This document shows, in pieces, positions 8,206-18,214 of a stretch of DNA of 64,000 nucleotides; position 1 is the first letter of the stretch, and each line of letters begins with the position of its first letter. The notes beneath the pieces were generated by a model. It did not search any database and was not told the DNA's origin. It worked only from the letters and a program-made list of their open reading frames with translations. The stretch covers positions 8,963-72,962 of the forward strand of contig JAPLFL010000103.1 in NCBI GenBank assembly GCA_026390695.1. The letters are read 5' to 3'. The position numbers and the translations under genes were made by a program. The stretch comes from Candidatus Kapaibacterium sp. (lineage in GTDB: Bacteria; Bacteroidota; Ignavibacteria; Kapaibacteriales; UBA2268).

Positions 8206-8883
8206 ATGAAAAATACATTTTATTATATTTTGATAGCATCTTGCTTTTTAAATATCCATGCAATTGCATGGAATGATCAGACCCATATTTCCGTTGGTAA
8301 AGCTGCCGGATTTAAATTAGCTTATAATCTTGCCGCTCCAGATGTAGCCAAACTCAAAGCTAAAAATATTGAAGCCTTTAATCATTATGTCGATGTTCCT
8401 AAATTTGCAATAATCACAGCAGATATTGTCCGAAAGCAAATTGAAAATTACAATTCTCCTACCGATAGCACCGGTCATCTTTATGGAGCCATTGTTGTTG
8501 CTGTCCGGGACTATATCCGCGAATCAAAACAGGGAAAAAGCGGGCGTTACAATCTTTGTTATGCCGGACATTATATCGGGGATTTGTCAATGCCATTGCA
8601 TAATATGGATTATAATGAGTTCAATAAAAAAAATCATTTCAGCAATGACGATATTATTGAAAGCGAAATTAGTGATAACCTTGATAAAATAATAATAACT
8701 GAAATCAAAATTGAAAACGAGGATGATTTGATAAATGCGATTGTAGAAATTGCCAATGAATCAAGAAATTTGGCGTACAAGCTGGAAGGCGAGCAAAGAA
8801 ATATGACTAAAGAAGAAGCGTACTGGCGGATTTCAAGATCATCAAGCCTGTTCAAAGCTGTATTAAAATTTGTTGGTTTTTAA
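8206..8883 (+). CDS. Secreted zinc-dependent S1/P1 nuclease or phospholipase C-family protein
   Basis: Signal peptide, then mature W-N-D-Q-T-H, APD, NHY and GHYIGDLSMPLH zinc ligands. Confidence 0.75.
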   Translation: MKNTFYYILIASCFLNIHAIAWNDQTHISVGKAAGFKLAYNLAAPDVAKLKAKNIEAFNHYVDVPKFAIITADIVRKQIENYNSPTDSTGHLYGAIVVAVRDYIRESKQGKSGRYNLCYAGHYIGDLSMPLHNMDYNEFNKKNHFSNDDIIESEISDNLDKIIITEIKIENEDDLINAIVEIANESRNLAYKLEGEQRNMTKEEAYWRISRSSSLFKAVLKFVGF

Positions 8884-9034
8884 ATTTTGAATATATTAAA
8901 AATTAATAAAATCAATTACTGAAACTATTACATTGGCTCTATAATAAGTCCAAATTACAGCCATTCCAAAACTGATGAAAAATCCAGAAGAGGCTGCTGT
9001 ACTGGATTCTATTTCTTTTCTTTTGAGAAGGTAT

Positions 9035-9201
9035 AAGATCGTTTCCTACTTGAAAGCTGTCATTTGTGCGTATGCAGGAATCCTCTTCCATGGCGCAATT
9101 GGGGATTCCTGCATTCGCAGGAATGACAAGAAAAGGTAGTTTTCACACTGTCTCATGCGCGGGAATGACAATAATTCCTAATTCATTAAGGAAATGATAT
9201 A
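9035..9201. repeat. Composite MITE/REP locus: outer TA-ended MITE, REP doublet and a GAG-type right end
   Basis: Ends ATCGTTTCCTACTTGAA and TTCATTAAGGAAATGATATA. GGATTCCTGCATTCGCAGGAATGAC inside; CACACTGTCTC|ATGC junction at 9154. Confidence 0.85.
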
Positions 9202-9324
9202 ATCAAGCAAGGGTGAAATAATAAAAGTTTTGATTATATTGCGAAAAATTATTAACTTTGTAACTTAATATTAAATACTGGGAAAAAAGAAAAAAATATT
9301 TCCGATAAATAAAAGGATCATTTT

Positions 9325-10872
9325 ATGAAGTTATTTTTTATTTTAATTATTGTTTCTTCCTTTTTGATTAGTTCTTGTGTTGGAATATTTGCAACTCATG
9401 ATCAGAAGCTCGTGATTACAACTAATAATCCTTCTGCAGCTGTTTATGTGGACAGCACAAATGTTGGTAATGGAGACAAAGTCGAAGCTATCGTTGAGAG
9501 GGACAGACATGAAAAACAATTTATGATGGTATCCGACAGCACGAAACCATTATACCAAGTTGCCATACCTACAAAAACTCATTGGCTTTATTATTTGGAT
9601 TTTCCCTGGATTGTTACAATAATTGGGATTTATGTTCCAATGTTTGACGGCATGATTTCTAAATGCAATGTCTTTAAAGAAAATTGGAGTTTAGACATAC
9701 CGTATATGTATCGTTTTTGGGATTCATCAACGAAAAAAGTGTACATAGATAATGTTTGCCTCGACATTAAAAAAGGTAAAAGTAAGTTAAAATCATTCAC
9801 TTATAATGATTATCTAAAAAATGATGATCCAATCGAGACAAAAGACCTTGATAGTTTGGTAATTAAACACTCGAATTTAGATGAACATCTGGAAGAGATA
9901 ATGAAAAAAACTTATTTTCAGGATTCTGTTCCGAGCGTTTTTATTGATAATATTAACACCTATTACTTTAAAGCTGTTGTGAAAAATGTAAATATAAATG
10001 ATGTCGCTGATAATTACATGGTTATTAAGGGGTATCGTGCTGGTGCTGAGTTTATGTATATGGATATGGAATGTAAGTGGATAGTTGAAGATACTTATGG
10101 AGATACAGTTTATGTTGATTCAATAGCTTCAAAATCTGGTCAAATTGGCACTCATCTTAATAAATGGTCAGCCGCTGTAAAACTGGCTATGGAAGATGCT
10201 CTCGAAACATCTTTGATAAAATTTATGGAAACTACGGCTGTTAAAGAGTTACTTAAAAAAGATACTTTGAGACATTTGATCTTTGATAAATTAACTATTC
10301 CTAAACCAAGTAAAACACCATCCAATATTGACGATGCAATGAAAGCCACTGTGACAATTAAAATCGGGAAAAATAAAGGGCACGGATCAGGATTTTTCAT
10401 TTCAAATGACGGTTATATAATTACAAATCATCATGTGGCAAATAAAAAATTGAAATTAACTGTAATCACTTCTGAAGGAACAGAATATGAAGCCAAGCTT
10501 ATTCGTTCAAATAAAGTCATTGATCTGGCCATACTAAAAATTGAAGGAAAATCTGAATTCGCATATAATATTCCGGCAGAAAAGAATTTCAAAACCGGAC
10601 AGGAAATATTTGCTATTGGTACTCCCAAATCTATCGAATTGGGGCAATCAATTTCAAAAGGAATTATCTCAAGTTTAAGAAAAAATAAAGATTTGAATTT
10701 CCTGCAAATTGATGCAAGCATCAATCGCGGCAATAGTGGCGGTCCGATAACCAATACTAATGGAGATTTATTAGGTGTTGTAGAATCAAAATTATTTGGA
10801 GTTGGGACGGAAGGAATTTCATTTTCAATCCCTGCTTTTGATATAATGAATTCATTATCAATTTCTTATTAG
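9325..10872 (+). CDS. Lipoprotein with C-terminal trypsin-like (S1C) serine protease domain
   Basis: Lipobox ISSC; GSGFFIS, TNHHV (H), DLAILKI (D) and INRGNSGGP (S); no PDZ domain. Confidence 0.88.
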   Translation: MKLFFILIIVSSFLISSCVGIFATHDQKLVITTNNPSAAVYVDSTNVGNGDKVEAIVERDRHEKQFMMVSDSTKPLYQVAIPTKTHWLYYLDFPWIVTIIGIYVPMFDGMISKCNVFKENWSLDIPYMYRFWDSSTKKVYIDNVCLDIKKGKSKLKSFTYNDYLKNDDPIETKDLDSLVIKHSNLDEHLEEIMKKTYFQDSVPSVFIDNINTYYFKAVVKNVNINDVADNYMVIKGYRAGAEFMYMDMECKWIVEDTYGDTVYVDSIASKSGQIGTHLNKWSAAVKLAMEDALETSLIKFMETTAVKELLKKDTLRHLIFDKLTIPKPSKTPSNIDDAMKATVTIKIGKNKGHGSGFFISNDGYIITNHHVANKKLKLTVITSEGTEYEAKLIRSNKVIDLAILKIEGKSEFAYNIPAEKNFKTGQEIFAIGTPKSIELGQSISKGIISSLRKNKDLNFLQIDASINRGNSGGPITNTNGDLLGVVESKLFGVGTEGISFSIPAFDIMNSLSISY

Positions 10873-10908
10873 TTATATGAAGAAAACTAACTTAAAAGTT
10901 TTGTTTCT

Positions 10909-11165
10909 GAGGCAGTCTCATAACCCACAAATATACGAAAGCTGTCATTCCCGCATGCGAGCATGTGTAAAAACTCCTTATTGCTGTCATTCCTGCGAAT
11001 GCAGAAATCTCCTAAGGTGCCATAGATGGGGATTCCTGCGTACGCAGGAATGACATTTTTGTTAAATATGTGGCTTTTGAGACGGCATCAATTGATGATT
11101 TTCGGAAACATGAAAAGTTATTTAAATTTGTAGGTTTTTACACAGTCTCATTCGCAGGAACTGTC
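10909..11165. repeat. Composite MITE/REP locus
   Basis: Imperfect inverted ends GAGGCAGTCTCATAACCCACA (10909) and TGTGGCTTTTGAGACGGCATC (to 11089). REP doublet inside; GAG junction at 10959 and CTC junction at 11149. Confidence 0.85.
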
Positions 11166-11201
11166 ATGATTATAGAAAGCACAAATTAGTATGAAAATAT
11201 T

Positions 11202-11234
11202 ATTCATCTGATGACTGCCAGTCATCGGATGAAT
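11202..11234. repeat. Isolated palindrome ATTCATCTGATGACT-gcc-AGTCATCGGATGAAT
   Basis: 15-bp stem with one mismatch, about 90 bp upstream of the next CDS. Confidence 0.65.
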
Positions 11235-11322
11235 GATTATAAAGCCTTCAATCCTAAGCATCAGATAATTAATTATTCGCTATATTTGTACTATTAGTTT
11301 ATTTTAAAATAACTATTCCAAA

Positions 11323-13344
11323 ATGCAATTATTTATCTATTATTCTATATTTGTGATATTTTCAACTTCTGCTCTGAGTCAGTCGCTTTCTGTATTTAGT
11401 ATAGATACTTCCGCATTCCCTGTAATTAAAGCCAAGTTTTATGCTTTTGATGCAGTAGGAAATCAGATACGTAGCTTATCAGCGTCAGATTTCTTTGTTA
11501 CTGAAAACGGGCAGCCACGAACTGTTTTGGCTGTATCTTGTCCGGCTCCGAAACCACCCGTTGCTTTGTCATCTGTGCTGGTGATGGATCAGTCTGGTTC
11601 TATGTTTGAAGGAACAAAATTAGATGCAATTCATCAGGCTGCTGCAGCTTGGATCAATGCGCTTCCCGGGAAATCGGAATGTGCAATTACATCTTTTGAT
11701 AATTCCAATTATATTATTCAGGATTTTACCACAAGTAAAAGTTTACTTATCCAAAAAGCCGCTACCATCACAGCGAACGGAGGGACTGATTACGATATGG
11801 CGCTGGATATTCCTATGGCTGGTGGTATATGGATGGCAAAAGCAGGGAAATATAAGCGAATCATCGTTATGATGAGCGACGGAGAGCCTAATTTCACACC
11901 TAATACTCAGCAAATCATTAATGATGCACTTTCAAATTCAGTTATAATATATTTTGTGTCACTTGGCTATCCCAGCCTCCAGTGCATGAAAGATATTACA
12001 ACAAAAACCGGGGGACAGTATTTTGAAAAAATTAGTACTGTCGAAGAAGCAAAGCAAGTTTATATGAAAATCATGCAATCTGCAACTGGCAGCGATCCTT
12101 GCGAAATTAGCTGGGTTAGCCAAGTGAATTGTAAGCCAAGTACGATGAATGTAGATGTTAAGGTAAATTCTCTTAATCTGGCTGCTAATGCTGTATATCA
12201 GGCTTCAATCAGTTCTGCTACTCAACTTGAATTTGCACCTTCAACTATTGTCTATAAAAATGTTTTGCCCGGAACAAAGAAGGATACTATTGTCAGGATA
12301 ACGGCGCGTAATGCGGATTTCACGGTTTCGGATATTAAACTTTCCAATTCTTCTGTATTTTCTATTGATAAAAAGAATTTTATTCTGAAGAAAGATTCAA
12401 GCATTGATTTGACTATTAGTTTTGCTCCCACTGACAGCGGCTATTGTATATGTAAGTTCATTTTTGTAAATGATGTGTGTCCTGCAAATTACTATGCCCG
12501 AGGTGGCTTTCCAGGCAAATTTCCAATTATTCATTCGATAAATCTTGTCCAACCAAATGGCGGACAAGTCTTTTTAGCTGGCTCTGATACTGAGATTACT
12601 TGGGATGGCGTGACGCCGCAAGAAAACGTGAAGCTGGAATATAGCATAGACAGTGGTAAAACATGGATATTTATTTCGGACACTGCTTCAGGACTAAGTT
12701 ATATGTGGCATGTTCCGAATACTCCGAGTAATATCTGCTTGGCGCGAGTGACTGCCAAAGCTAATTATGATGATTGTCAAGTTCGGATTGGTAATCAGAT
12801 TTGGATGTGTAAAAATCTTGATGTGGATCATTACCGTAATGGTGATTCAATTCCGCAAGTAACGGACTATAAAGTTTGGGGAACTCTTACAACTGGTGCA
12901 TGGTGCTATTATAATAATTCCGATTCATTAGGAGAAATTTATGGAAAACTTTATAATTGGTATGCTGTTACTGATAAGCGTGGATTAGCTCCTGTTGGAT
13001 GGCATATTTCAAGTGATGCAGACTGGTCAGTATTGCAGAATTATCTTGGTGGTTTGGCAATAGCCGGAGGCAAATTAAAGGAGCAAGGAATAGCCCACTG
13101 GACAGATCCTAATGTTGGTGCGACGGATGACTTTAAATTTACCGCCTTACCCGGTGGTTACAGAAGTAATTATACTGGTAATTTAAATTTTGATAATTTG
13201 ATGCTGAATGCTTACTGGTGGACTTCAACTGGATCAAGTTTTACAAGAGCATGGTCAAGATATTTATCCAATACTTCTTATGAATTGTTTTTTTCTGAAA
13301 TTCTTTATAATTATGGTCTATCAGTTCGTTGCGTTAAAGATTAA
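11323..13344 (+). CDS. Secreted VWA plus Ig-like plus Fib_succ_major (FISUMP) domain protein
   Basis: Signal peptide, MIDAS DQSGSM, MMSDGEP, and the FISUMP motifs IGNQIWMCKNL..YGKLYNWYAV..LAPVGWHI..ALPGGYR..YWWTS..GLSVRCVKD. Confidence 0.88.
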   Translation: MQLFIYYSIFVIFSTSALSQSLSVFSIDTSAFPVIKAKFYAFDAVGNQIRSLSASDFFVTENGQPRTVLAVSCPAPKPPVALSSVLVMDQSGSMFEGTKLDAIHQAAAAWINALPGKSECAITSFDNSNYIIQDFTTSKSLLIQKAATITANGGTDYDMALDIPMAGGIWMAKAGKYKRIIVMMSDGEPNFTPNTQQIINDALSNSVIIYFVSLGYPSLQCMKDITTKTGGQYFEKISTVEEAKQVYMKIMQSATGSDPCEISWVSQVNCKPSTMNVDVKVNSLNLAANAVYQASISSATQLEFAPSTIVYKNVLPGTKKDTIVRITARNADFTVSDIKLSNSSVFSIDKKNFILKKDSSIDLTISFAPTDSGYCICKFIFVNDVCPANYYARGGFPGKFPIIHSINLVQPNGGQVFLAGSDTEITWDGVTPQENVKLEYSIDSGKTWIFISDTASGLSYMWHVPNTPSNICLARVTAKANYDDCQVRIGNQIWMCKNLDVDHYRNGDSIPQVTDYKVWGTLTTGAWCYYNNSDSLGEIYGKLYNWYAVTDKRGLAPVGWHISSDADWSVLQNYLGGLAIAGGKLKEQGIAHWTDPNVGATDDFKFTALPGGYRSNYTGNLNFDNLMLNAYWWTSTGSSFTRAWSRYLSNTSYELFFSEILYNYGLSVRCVKD

Positions 13345-13371
13345 CATAACAAAAAAGAATTATATTTTATT

Positions 13372-13632
13372 TTGAAATGTATTGTAGGTATTTTGATTAT
13401 GTTTATTAATTCTTTGAATTAGTTTATGTATGTTTTGAAATATCTTATTGATAATTTGCAATAGATTATTTATATTTCATATATGATTAAAGATGATTTG
13501 AATTGTCTTATAAGTATTTTGAATGCTCTTAAAGATGATTTGAATTGTCTTATAAGTATTTTGAATGCTCTTAAAGATGATTTGAATTGTCTTATAAGTA
13601 TTTTGAATGCTCTTAAAGATGATTTGAACTAA
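13372..13632 (+). repeat. 21-bp-period tandem array, left arm of a foldback
   Basis: Three exact 42-bp units AAAGATGATTTGAATTGTCTTATAAGTATTTTGAATGCTCTT (13489-13614), plus degenerate 21-bp units upstream. Confidence 0.85.
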
Positions 13633-13642
13633 TTCAAAAGGT

Positions 13643-13890
13643 TAATAAGAGCATTCATAGAGCTAATAAGAGCATTCATAGAGTTAATAAGAGCATTCAT
13701 AGAGTTAATAAGAGCATTCATAGAGTTAATAAGAGCATTCATAGAGTTAATAAGAGCTTTCAAAAGTATAATAGGAGCATTCAAAATATCTATAAGAGTA
13801 TTCATAGTGTCAATAAAAGTATTCATAGAGCTAATAAGAGCATTCATTAGGTTCATAATGATTTTCAAATGTATGATAAGATATTTCTCA
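13643..13890 (-). repeat. 21-bp tandem array, right arm of the foldback, inverted relative to the left arm
   Basis: TAATAAGAGCATTCATAGAG(T/C) x5 from 13643, then about 7 progressively diverged units. The reverse complement shares TGAATGCTCTTA with the left array. Confidence 0.88.
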
Positions 13891-13891
13891 T

Positions 13892-14090
13892 GTCATTCCC
13901 GCGAATGAGACTGTATAAAAACTCTTTATTTCTGTCATTCCTGCGAATGAGATCGTGTAAAAACTCTTTATTTCTGTCATTCCTGCGAATGTAGGAATCC
14001 CCTTCCATTGGCGCATTTGGAGATTGTAGCATTCTCAGCAATGTCAGAAGAAGAATAAATGGAGATTGCAGCCTTCGCAGGAATGTCAGG
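13892..14090. repeat. Composite REP locus with serially nested GAG-type ends
   Basis: TGTCATTCCYGCGAAT|GAGA..GTRTAAAAACTCTTTATTTC repeated at a 41-42 bp period (GAG at 13908 and 13949), followed by a degenerate REP doublet. Confidence 0.85.
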
Positions 14091-14146
14091 ATTATAATTT
14101 TTAGATTTCCAAACTGATTCTACTTTTAGGTAATTTTATTATTATG

Positions 14147-14177
14147 AAAAAAAAAGGGATGCAATTTCTTACATCCC
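14147..14177 (-). terminator. Rho-independent terminator of the lipoprotein genes
   Basis: Minus strand GGGATGTAAGAAATTGCATCCC followed by a run of T. Confidence 0.75.
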
Positions 14178-14201
14178 ATTCTTTCAAATATCAAATATCA
14201 A

Positions 14202-15023
14202 TTATTTTACTGCTTTGTATCTCAGAAGTACAATATCCGAACCGGTAAAATTAAACTTGGTTAAAGTCTGTCCGAGAACAGTTATCGGAATTGAGATTGA
14301 TGGGGTGTGAACACGGACCATTCCTATTTCCGAATTCATGTAATGATGAACTTGTATTGTAAAGACTAATGGAACGGGGAATGTCAATCCTAAATAAACA
14401 ACGGTTGCTGTACCGCTAAAAATAAATTGAGTTGTGAAATCTTCGCACAGTGCGGATTTTGCTTCGTTTTCTCCGTAATTCACAGTCACAGACGGGCTTT
14501 TGAACATTCTCATTGTATATTTACCATCTACAGTTGCAGTGGAACCGTTGAATGGGATTTGCAAGCCTTTGATGGTCGTATCAATTAATTTCCATGCTGT
14601 ATCCATTGGATTTGTTGACGCCAATTTGGAGAAACCACCTGCTACAGGGAGTGGAATAGGAAATCCCATTATATTGGTTGTGCCGGGGTATAAATATTCA
14701 TTATTGCAGAAGAGTGAGTCTTTTGCCATGGTATAAAATGCTGAAGAATCGGATATACCGGTCATTCCTGAGGTTTGCATTCTTGATATGATCCGCGTTC
14801 CAACTGTATCCCGTCTGATAACAACAAGAGAATCCTGAGCAAAGCTATCAGTTCTCTTGTTTAAAGTATCAAGATTATAATGTAAATAAGTCCAGTATGA
14901 TCCTTTGTTAATTGGGATATAAGTTTTAGGAGCATCGACAGGTGGATTTGTCGTCCCGTTATCGGAGCAATATGTCAGAAAGCCAGCAAGTAGAATGGCC
15001 GCAATTAATTGGAATTTTTTCAT
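14202..15023 (-). CDS. Hypothetical lipoprotein, paralogue of 15107-15916
   Basis: Lipobox LTYC, YIPINKGSYWTY motif, C-terminus LLRYKAVK. Confidence 0.8.
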   Translation of the reverse strand: MKKFQLIAAILLAGFLTYCSDNGTTNPPVDAPKTYIPINKGSYWTYLHYNLDTLNKRTDSFAQDSLVVIRRDTVGTRIISRMQTSGMTGISDSSAFYTMAKDSLFCNNEYLYPGTTNIMGFPIPLPVAGGFSKLASTNPMDTAWKLIDTTIKGLQIPFNGSTATVDGKYTMRMFKSPSVTVNYGENEAKSALCEDFTTQFIFSGTATVVYLGLTFPVPLVFTIQVHHYMNSEIGMVRVHTPSISIPITVLGQTLTKFNFTGSDIVLLRYKAVK

Positions 15024-15106
15024 AGAATATTTCGTTTATAAGTTAACAAATATGTTTTCGAATTAATTTCATTAGTAAGACTAATTTTTGTAAAAAAAGT
15101 TTCAGT

Positions 15107-15916
15107 CTATTTTAAATGATATCTTAAAAGTGTTCTGTTGTATCCACCGGTTTTTTGGGACATTATTGTCATGTTAAAGGTGGAAGGATCGGTCACATCG
15201 GACACAAAACCAATATTATTGCCGACATAATAATGATAAGTCATATTGCTTTTTGTGTTTATCGGAACGGGTAAACCGGGTATAGTAATGGTTACATCTA
15301 TTTTTAATGTTAAAAGGAATGCTTTAGTAATAACGTTTGAGCTGCCAATCTGGAAACTTTTGTCTGCCGATGGCTCTCCCTGCATCTCTACTGAACCATT
15401 TATCGGTATCGGAAGCGGAAGTTTGAAGGTGGTGGAGTCAATAGGCATTTTGAAGACTCGCCATAATGAAGCAGTAAAATCAAGCATTGTACTCCAGTAT
15501 TTCGGAATACTGCTGATTGAGGAATCCATGCCTAATCCTGAAACATTAAGTCCTGACACATCCGAGTAACGATAGATTTTCTCGTTAGTAAAACGATAAT
15601 AAACGTGAACAGATGTGTCTGTAATCCTTTTAAATGTTGAATCAAAAGTAAAAGTTTTATAATCAAAGCCGGCAGTGTCGTTCAATGTGATTGGTCCGAC
15701 TAAGACCACGGAATCGTAAGTGGCAGACAAAGGATGAGCCACACCATTTGTATCTATCGGGATGTTCTTATAAATCCAGTAAGAGCCAATTGTGGTTGGG
15801 AAATATGACCCGAATTTGGAACTTGGTGGATTACTGGAATTTGAATTCCCATCAGAACAGGAATAAATACCAAGAACAAGAACTATTGCAAAGATTAGAG
15901 TAATTATATTTTTCAT
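15107..15916 (-). CDS. Hypothetical lipoprotein
   Basis: Lipobox IYSC, YFPTTIGSYWIY motif, C-terminus LLRYHLK. Confidence 0.8.
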   Translation of the reverse strand: MKNIITLIFAIVLVLGIYSCSDGNSNSSNPPSSKFGSYFPTTIGSYWIYKNIPIDTNGVAHPLSATYDSVVLVGPITLNDTAGFDYKTFTFDSTFKRITDTSVHVYYRFTNEKIYRYSDVSGLNVSGLGMDSSISSIPKYWSTMLDFTASLWRVFKMPIDSTTFKLPLPIPINGSVEMQGEPSADKSFQIGSSNVITKAFLLTLKIDVTITIPGLPVPINTKSNMTYHYYVGNNIGFVSDVTDPSTFNMTIMSQKTGGYNRTLLRYHLK

Positions 15917-16105
15917 TTTTGACTCATTATATTTAAAAAATATGACACGAACAAAGATTTATAATATTTTAAATCATTAAATAATTTGAATACTAATAAT
16001 CATATTTATAATTACACTTGAATAAATAAAAGGTTTCAAAAACTTTTTAGATAAAAGTAAGAAATATAATTATACCGACTAAAAAAACATCATAATTTGT
16101 AATTA

Positions 16106-17629
16106 TCAATCCAATCTTCCGGTTTCTTCTTCCACAGCCTTCAGTATGTCACAAGATTTAACAAGATCCTTCATTTTATTATGATCAGGATAAAGTGGTC
16201 TGTCAATATCAAGGAAATCTATATGCTTGCGTATTGTTTCATAAGCTTTTCTGACTCCTTTACCATTAGTAAAAGCACGAATATCAAGAGCCTGAGCCGC
16301 TGCCATAAATTCTATACCTAACACTCCATAAGCATTATCTAAAATCTGACAGTTCTTTAGTGCAGTATTCATTCCCATAGATACAAAATCTTCCTGATCG
16401 GCTGCAGCCGGAATCGACTGAACTGATGCAGGTGTACATAGAATTTTTTGTTCAACTATAAGCATATCTGCTGTATATTGCGAAAGCATCAGACCGGAAT
16501 AAAATCCTGGATTTGTTGTTAAAAATGAGGGTAAACCCACACTGAGAGCTGGATTTAACATTCTATTCAGCCTTCTTTCCGAAAGGATACAAACCATAGT
16601 AATTGCGTTACCAGCTAATTCCATTGGCAGTGATACCGGCGATCCCTGAAAGTTAGCACCAGTCAATGTTAAATTTTGTTCCGGTATAAAAATCGGATTA
16701 TCACCAACTCCGTTGAGTTCGATTTCTACCTGAGAACGTGCATAAGCAATTGCATCGTGAGCAGCTCCGACAACTTGCGGTGTAGAACGCATTGAATAAG
16801 CGTCCTGAACTTTGGTTTTAACTTTTCCAGTCAATAAATCACTTCCTTCGACGCATTTGAGTATTGCCTTAGAACTACGAACAGCACCAGCAAATCCACG
16901 GAGTTGGTGCAGTTGTATGTTATATGGCTTCATATTTGCAAGGAGGGCTTCCAGTGACATCGAAGCAGCAATTTCGGCTTGTTTAAGAAAATTATTAAAA
17001 TCATAAAGATTCAGTGCACTTATTGAGGTTAATAAATTTGAGCCATTGATTATAGCAAGCCCATCACGAGCTTGCAGCCCCGGTACGGCAATTCCGGCTT
17101 TCTCAAAAGCATCGGCACCTTTGAATCTCTCTCCATTAAAGAATGCTTCCCCTTCACCCATCATTAATAGCGCTATCTGTGACATAGGAGCTAAATCTCC
17201 ACATGCACCTACCGAGCCTTTAGTACAAACAACCGGTGTTACACGTTTGTTCAGCATTTCTACTAATGTTTGAGTGATCTCAGGGCGGCATCCGCTGTTA
17301 CCATGAGCATGGACATTTATTCGAGCGGCTATTGCAGCACGGACATGTTCAAGTGGAGCTGGCTCGCCAATTCCGGCACTATGATTATATACTAAATATT
17401 TTTGGAATTGGCTTACTTGTTCATCGCTGAGTACAATTTCAGAAAACTCACCAATTCCGGTATTAATCCCATACATGATTTCACGAGCTGCTATTTTTTC
17501 CTCAAGCATTGCCCGGCATACAGTTATTCGTTCAAGAGAATCCTTCGATAACTCAACAGATTCAAAATCACGAGCTATTGATTTTAACTTTTCAATTGTT
17601 AATCCACTTCCATTTAAAATTATTGACAT
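16106..17629 (-). CDS. Histidine/aromatic amino acid ammonia-lyase family (MIO enzyme) with Ala-Cys-Gly tripeptide
   Basis: YGINTGIG, YNHSAG, GSVGACGDLAP, GLAIING, QDAYSMR, DNPIF, GANFQG and QEDFVSMG. The ATG at 17629 is preferred over the GTG at 17659. Confidence 0.88.
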   Translation of the reverse strand: MSIILNGSGLTIEKLKSIARDFESVELSKDSLERITVCRAMLEEKIAAREIMYGINTGIGEFSEIVLSDEQVSQFQKYLVYNHSAGIGEPAPLEHVRAAIAARINVHAHGNSGCRPEITQTLVEMLNKRVTPVVCTKGSVGACGDLAPMSQIALLMMGEGEAFFNGERFKGADAFEKAGIAVPGLQARDGLAIINGSNLLTSISALNLYDFNNFLKQAEIAASMSLEALLANMKPYNIQLHQLRGFAGAVRSSKAILKCVEGSDLLTGKVKTKVQDAYSMRSTPQVVGAAHDAIAYARSQVEIELNGVGDNPIFIPEQNLTLTGANFQGSPVSLPMELAGNAITMVCILSERRLNRMLNPALSVGLPSFLTTNPGFYSGLMLSQYTADMLIVEQKILCTPASVQSIPAAADQEDFVSMGMNTALKNCQILDNAYGVLGIEFMAAAQALDIRAFTNGKGVRKAYETIRKHIDFLDIDRPLYPDHNKMKDLVKSCDILKAVEEETGRLD

Positions 17630-17770
17630 ATAAACTCTGAAATATTTTATAAAAAACACTTTACAAAATTAACTTTTATCGCATTGATAATAACTATAAT
17701 TATTTGTTATATGAAACATTTTAAAAAATTATTCGTAAATTACAGAAGTTTAAGTACATGGAGTTGAAAA

Positions 17771-18214
17771 ATGGAACGAAGATTATACAGGAATATTTAC
17801 AATAAAATTATCGCGGGCGTATGTTCGGGACTTGCAGATTATTTTAATATCGATCCGGTATTAATCAGGGTCATATTTGTAATTTCAGCAATAATTTCAG
17901 GTGGATTAGCAATTTTCGGATATATAGTATTTTGGATTATAGTTCCTGTTAATCTGGTAGAACCGGTTATGGATAAATCTCAACCAGCGGATGTTTCTCC
18001 AAGTTTTACAAATATAAATGTGAATAATAAAATTCAGAAAAAGAAAAATGGAAGAGTGATTTTTGGGATTATGCTGATTATCATGGGTGTATTTTTTCTG
18101 TTAAATAGGATATTCCCGGCTCTTGAGCTGCATTTCTGGCCTATTTTATTAATTATTCTTGGAGTTTTGATTTTATTAAAAGGTTATATGAAGTCATCGC
18201 AGGAGCAACAATGA
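17771..18214 (+). CDS. PspC-domain membrane protein
   Basis: RLYRN..KIIAGVCSGLADYFNIDPVLIRVIF PspC motif plus LiaF-like C-terminal helices. Confidence 0.9.
   Translation: MERRLYRNIYNKIIAGVCSGLADYFNIDPVLIRVIFVISAIISGGLAIFGYIVFWIIVPVNLVEPVMDKSQPADVSPSFTNINVNNKIQKKKNGRVIFGIMLIIMGVFFLLNRIFPALELHFWPILLIILGVLILLKGYMKSSQEQQ

Noticed and set aside
11323-13344. Diversity-generating retroelement targeting the C-terminal FISUMP domain
   Set aside because: No reverse transcriptase and no template-repeat copy of the gene's 3' end were seen in the window.
13372-13990. Possible CRISPR array
   Set aside because: The units are contiguous tandem repeats with no unique spacers, and there are no cas genes in the window.
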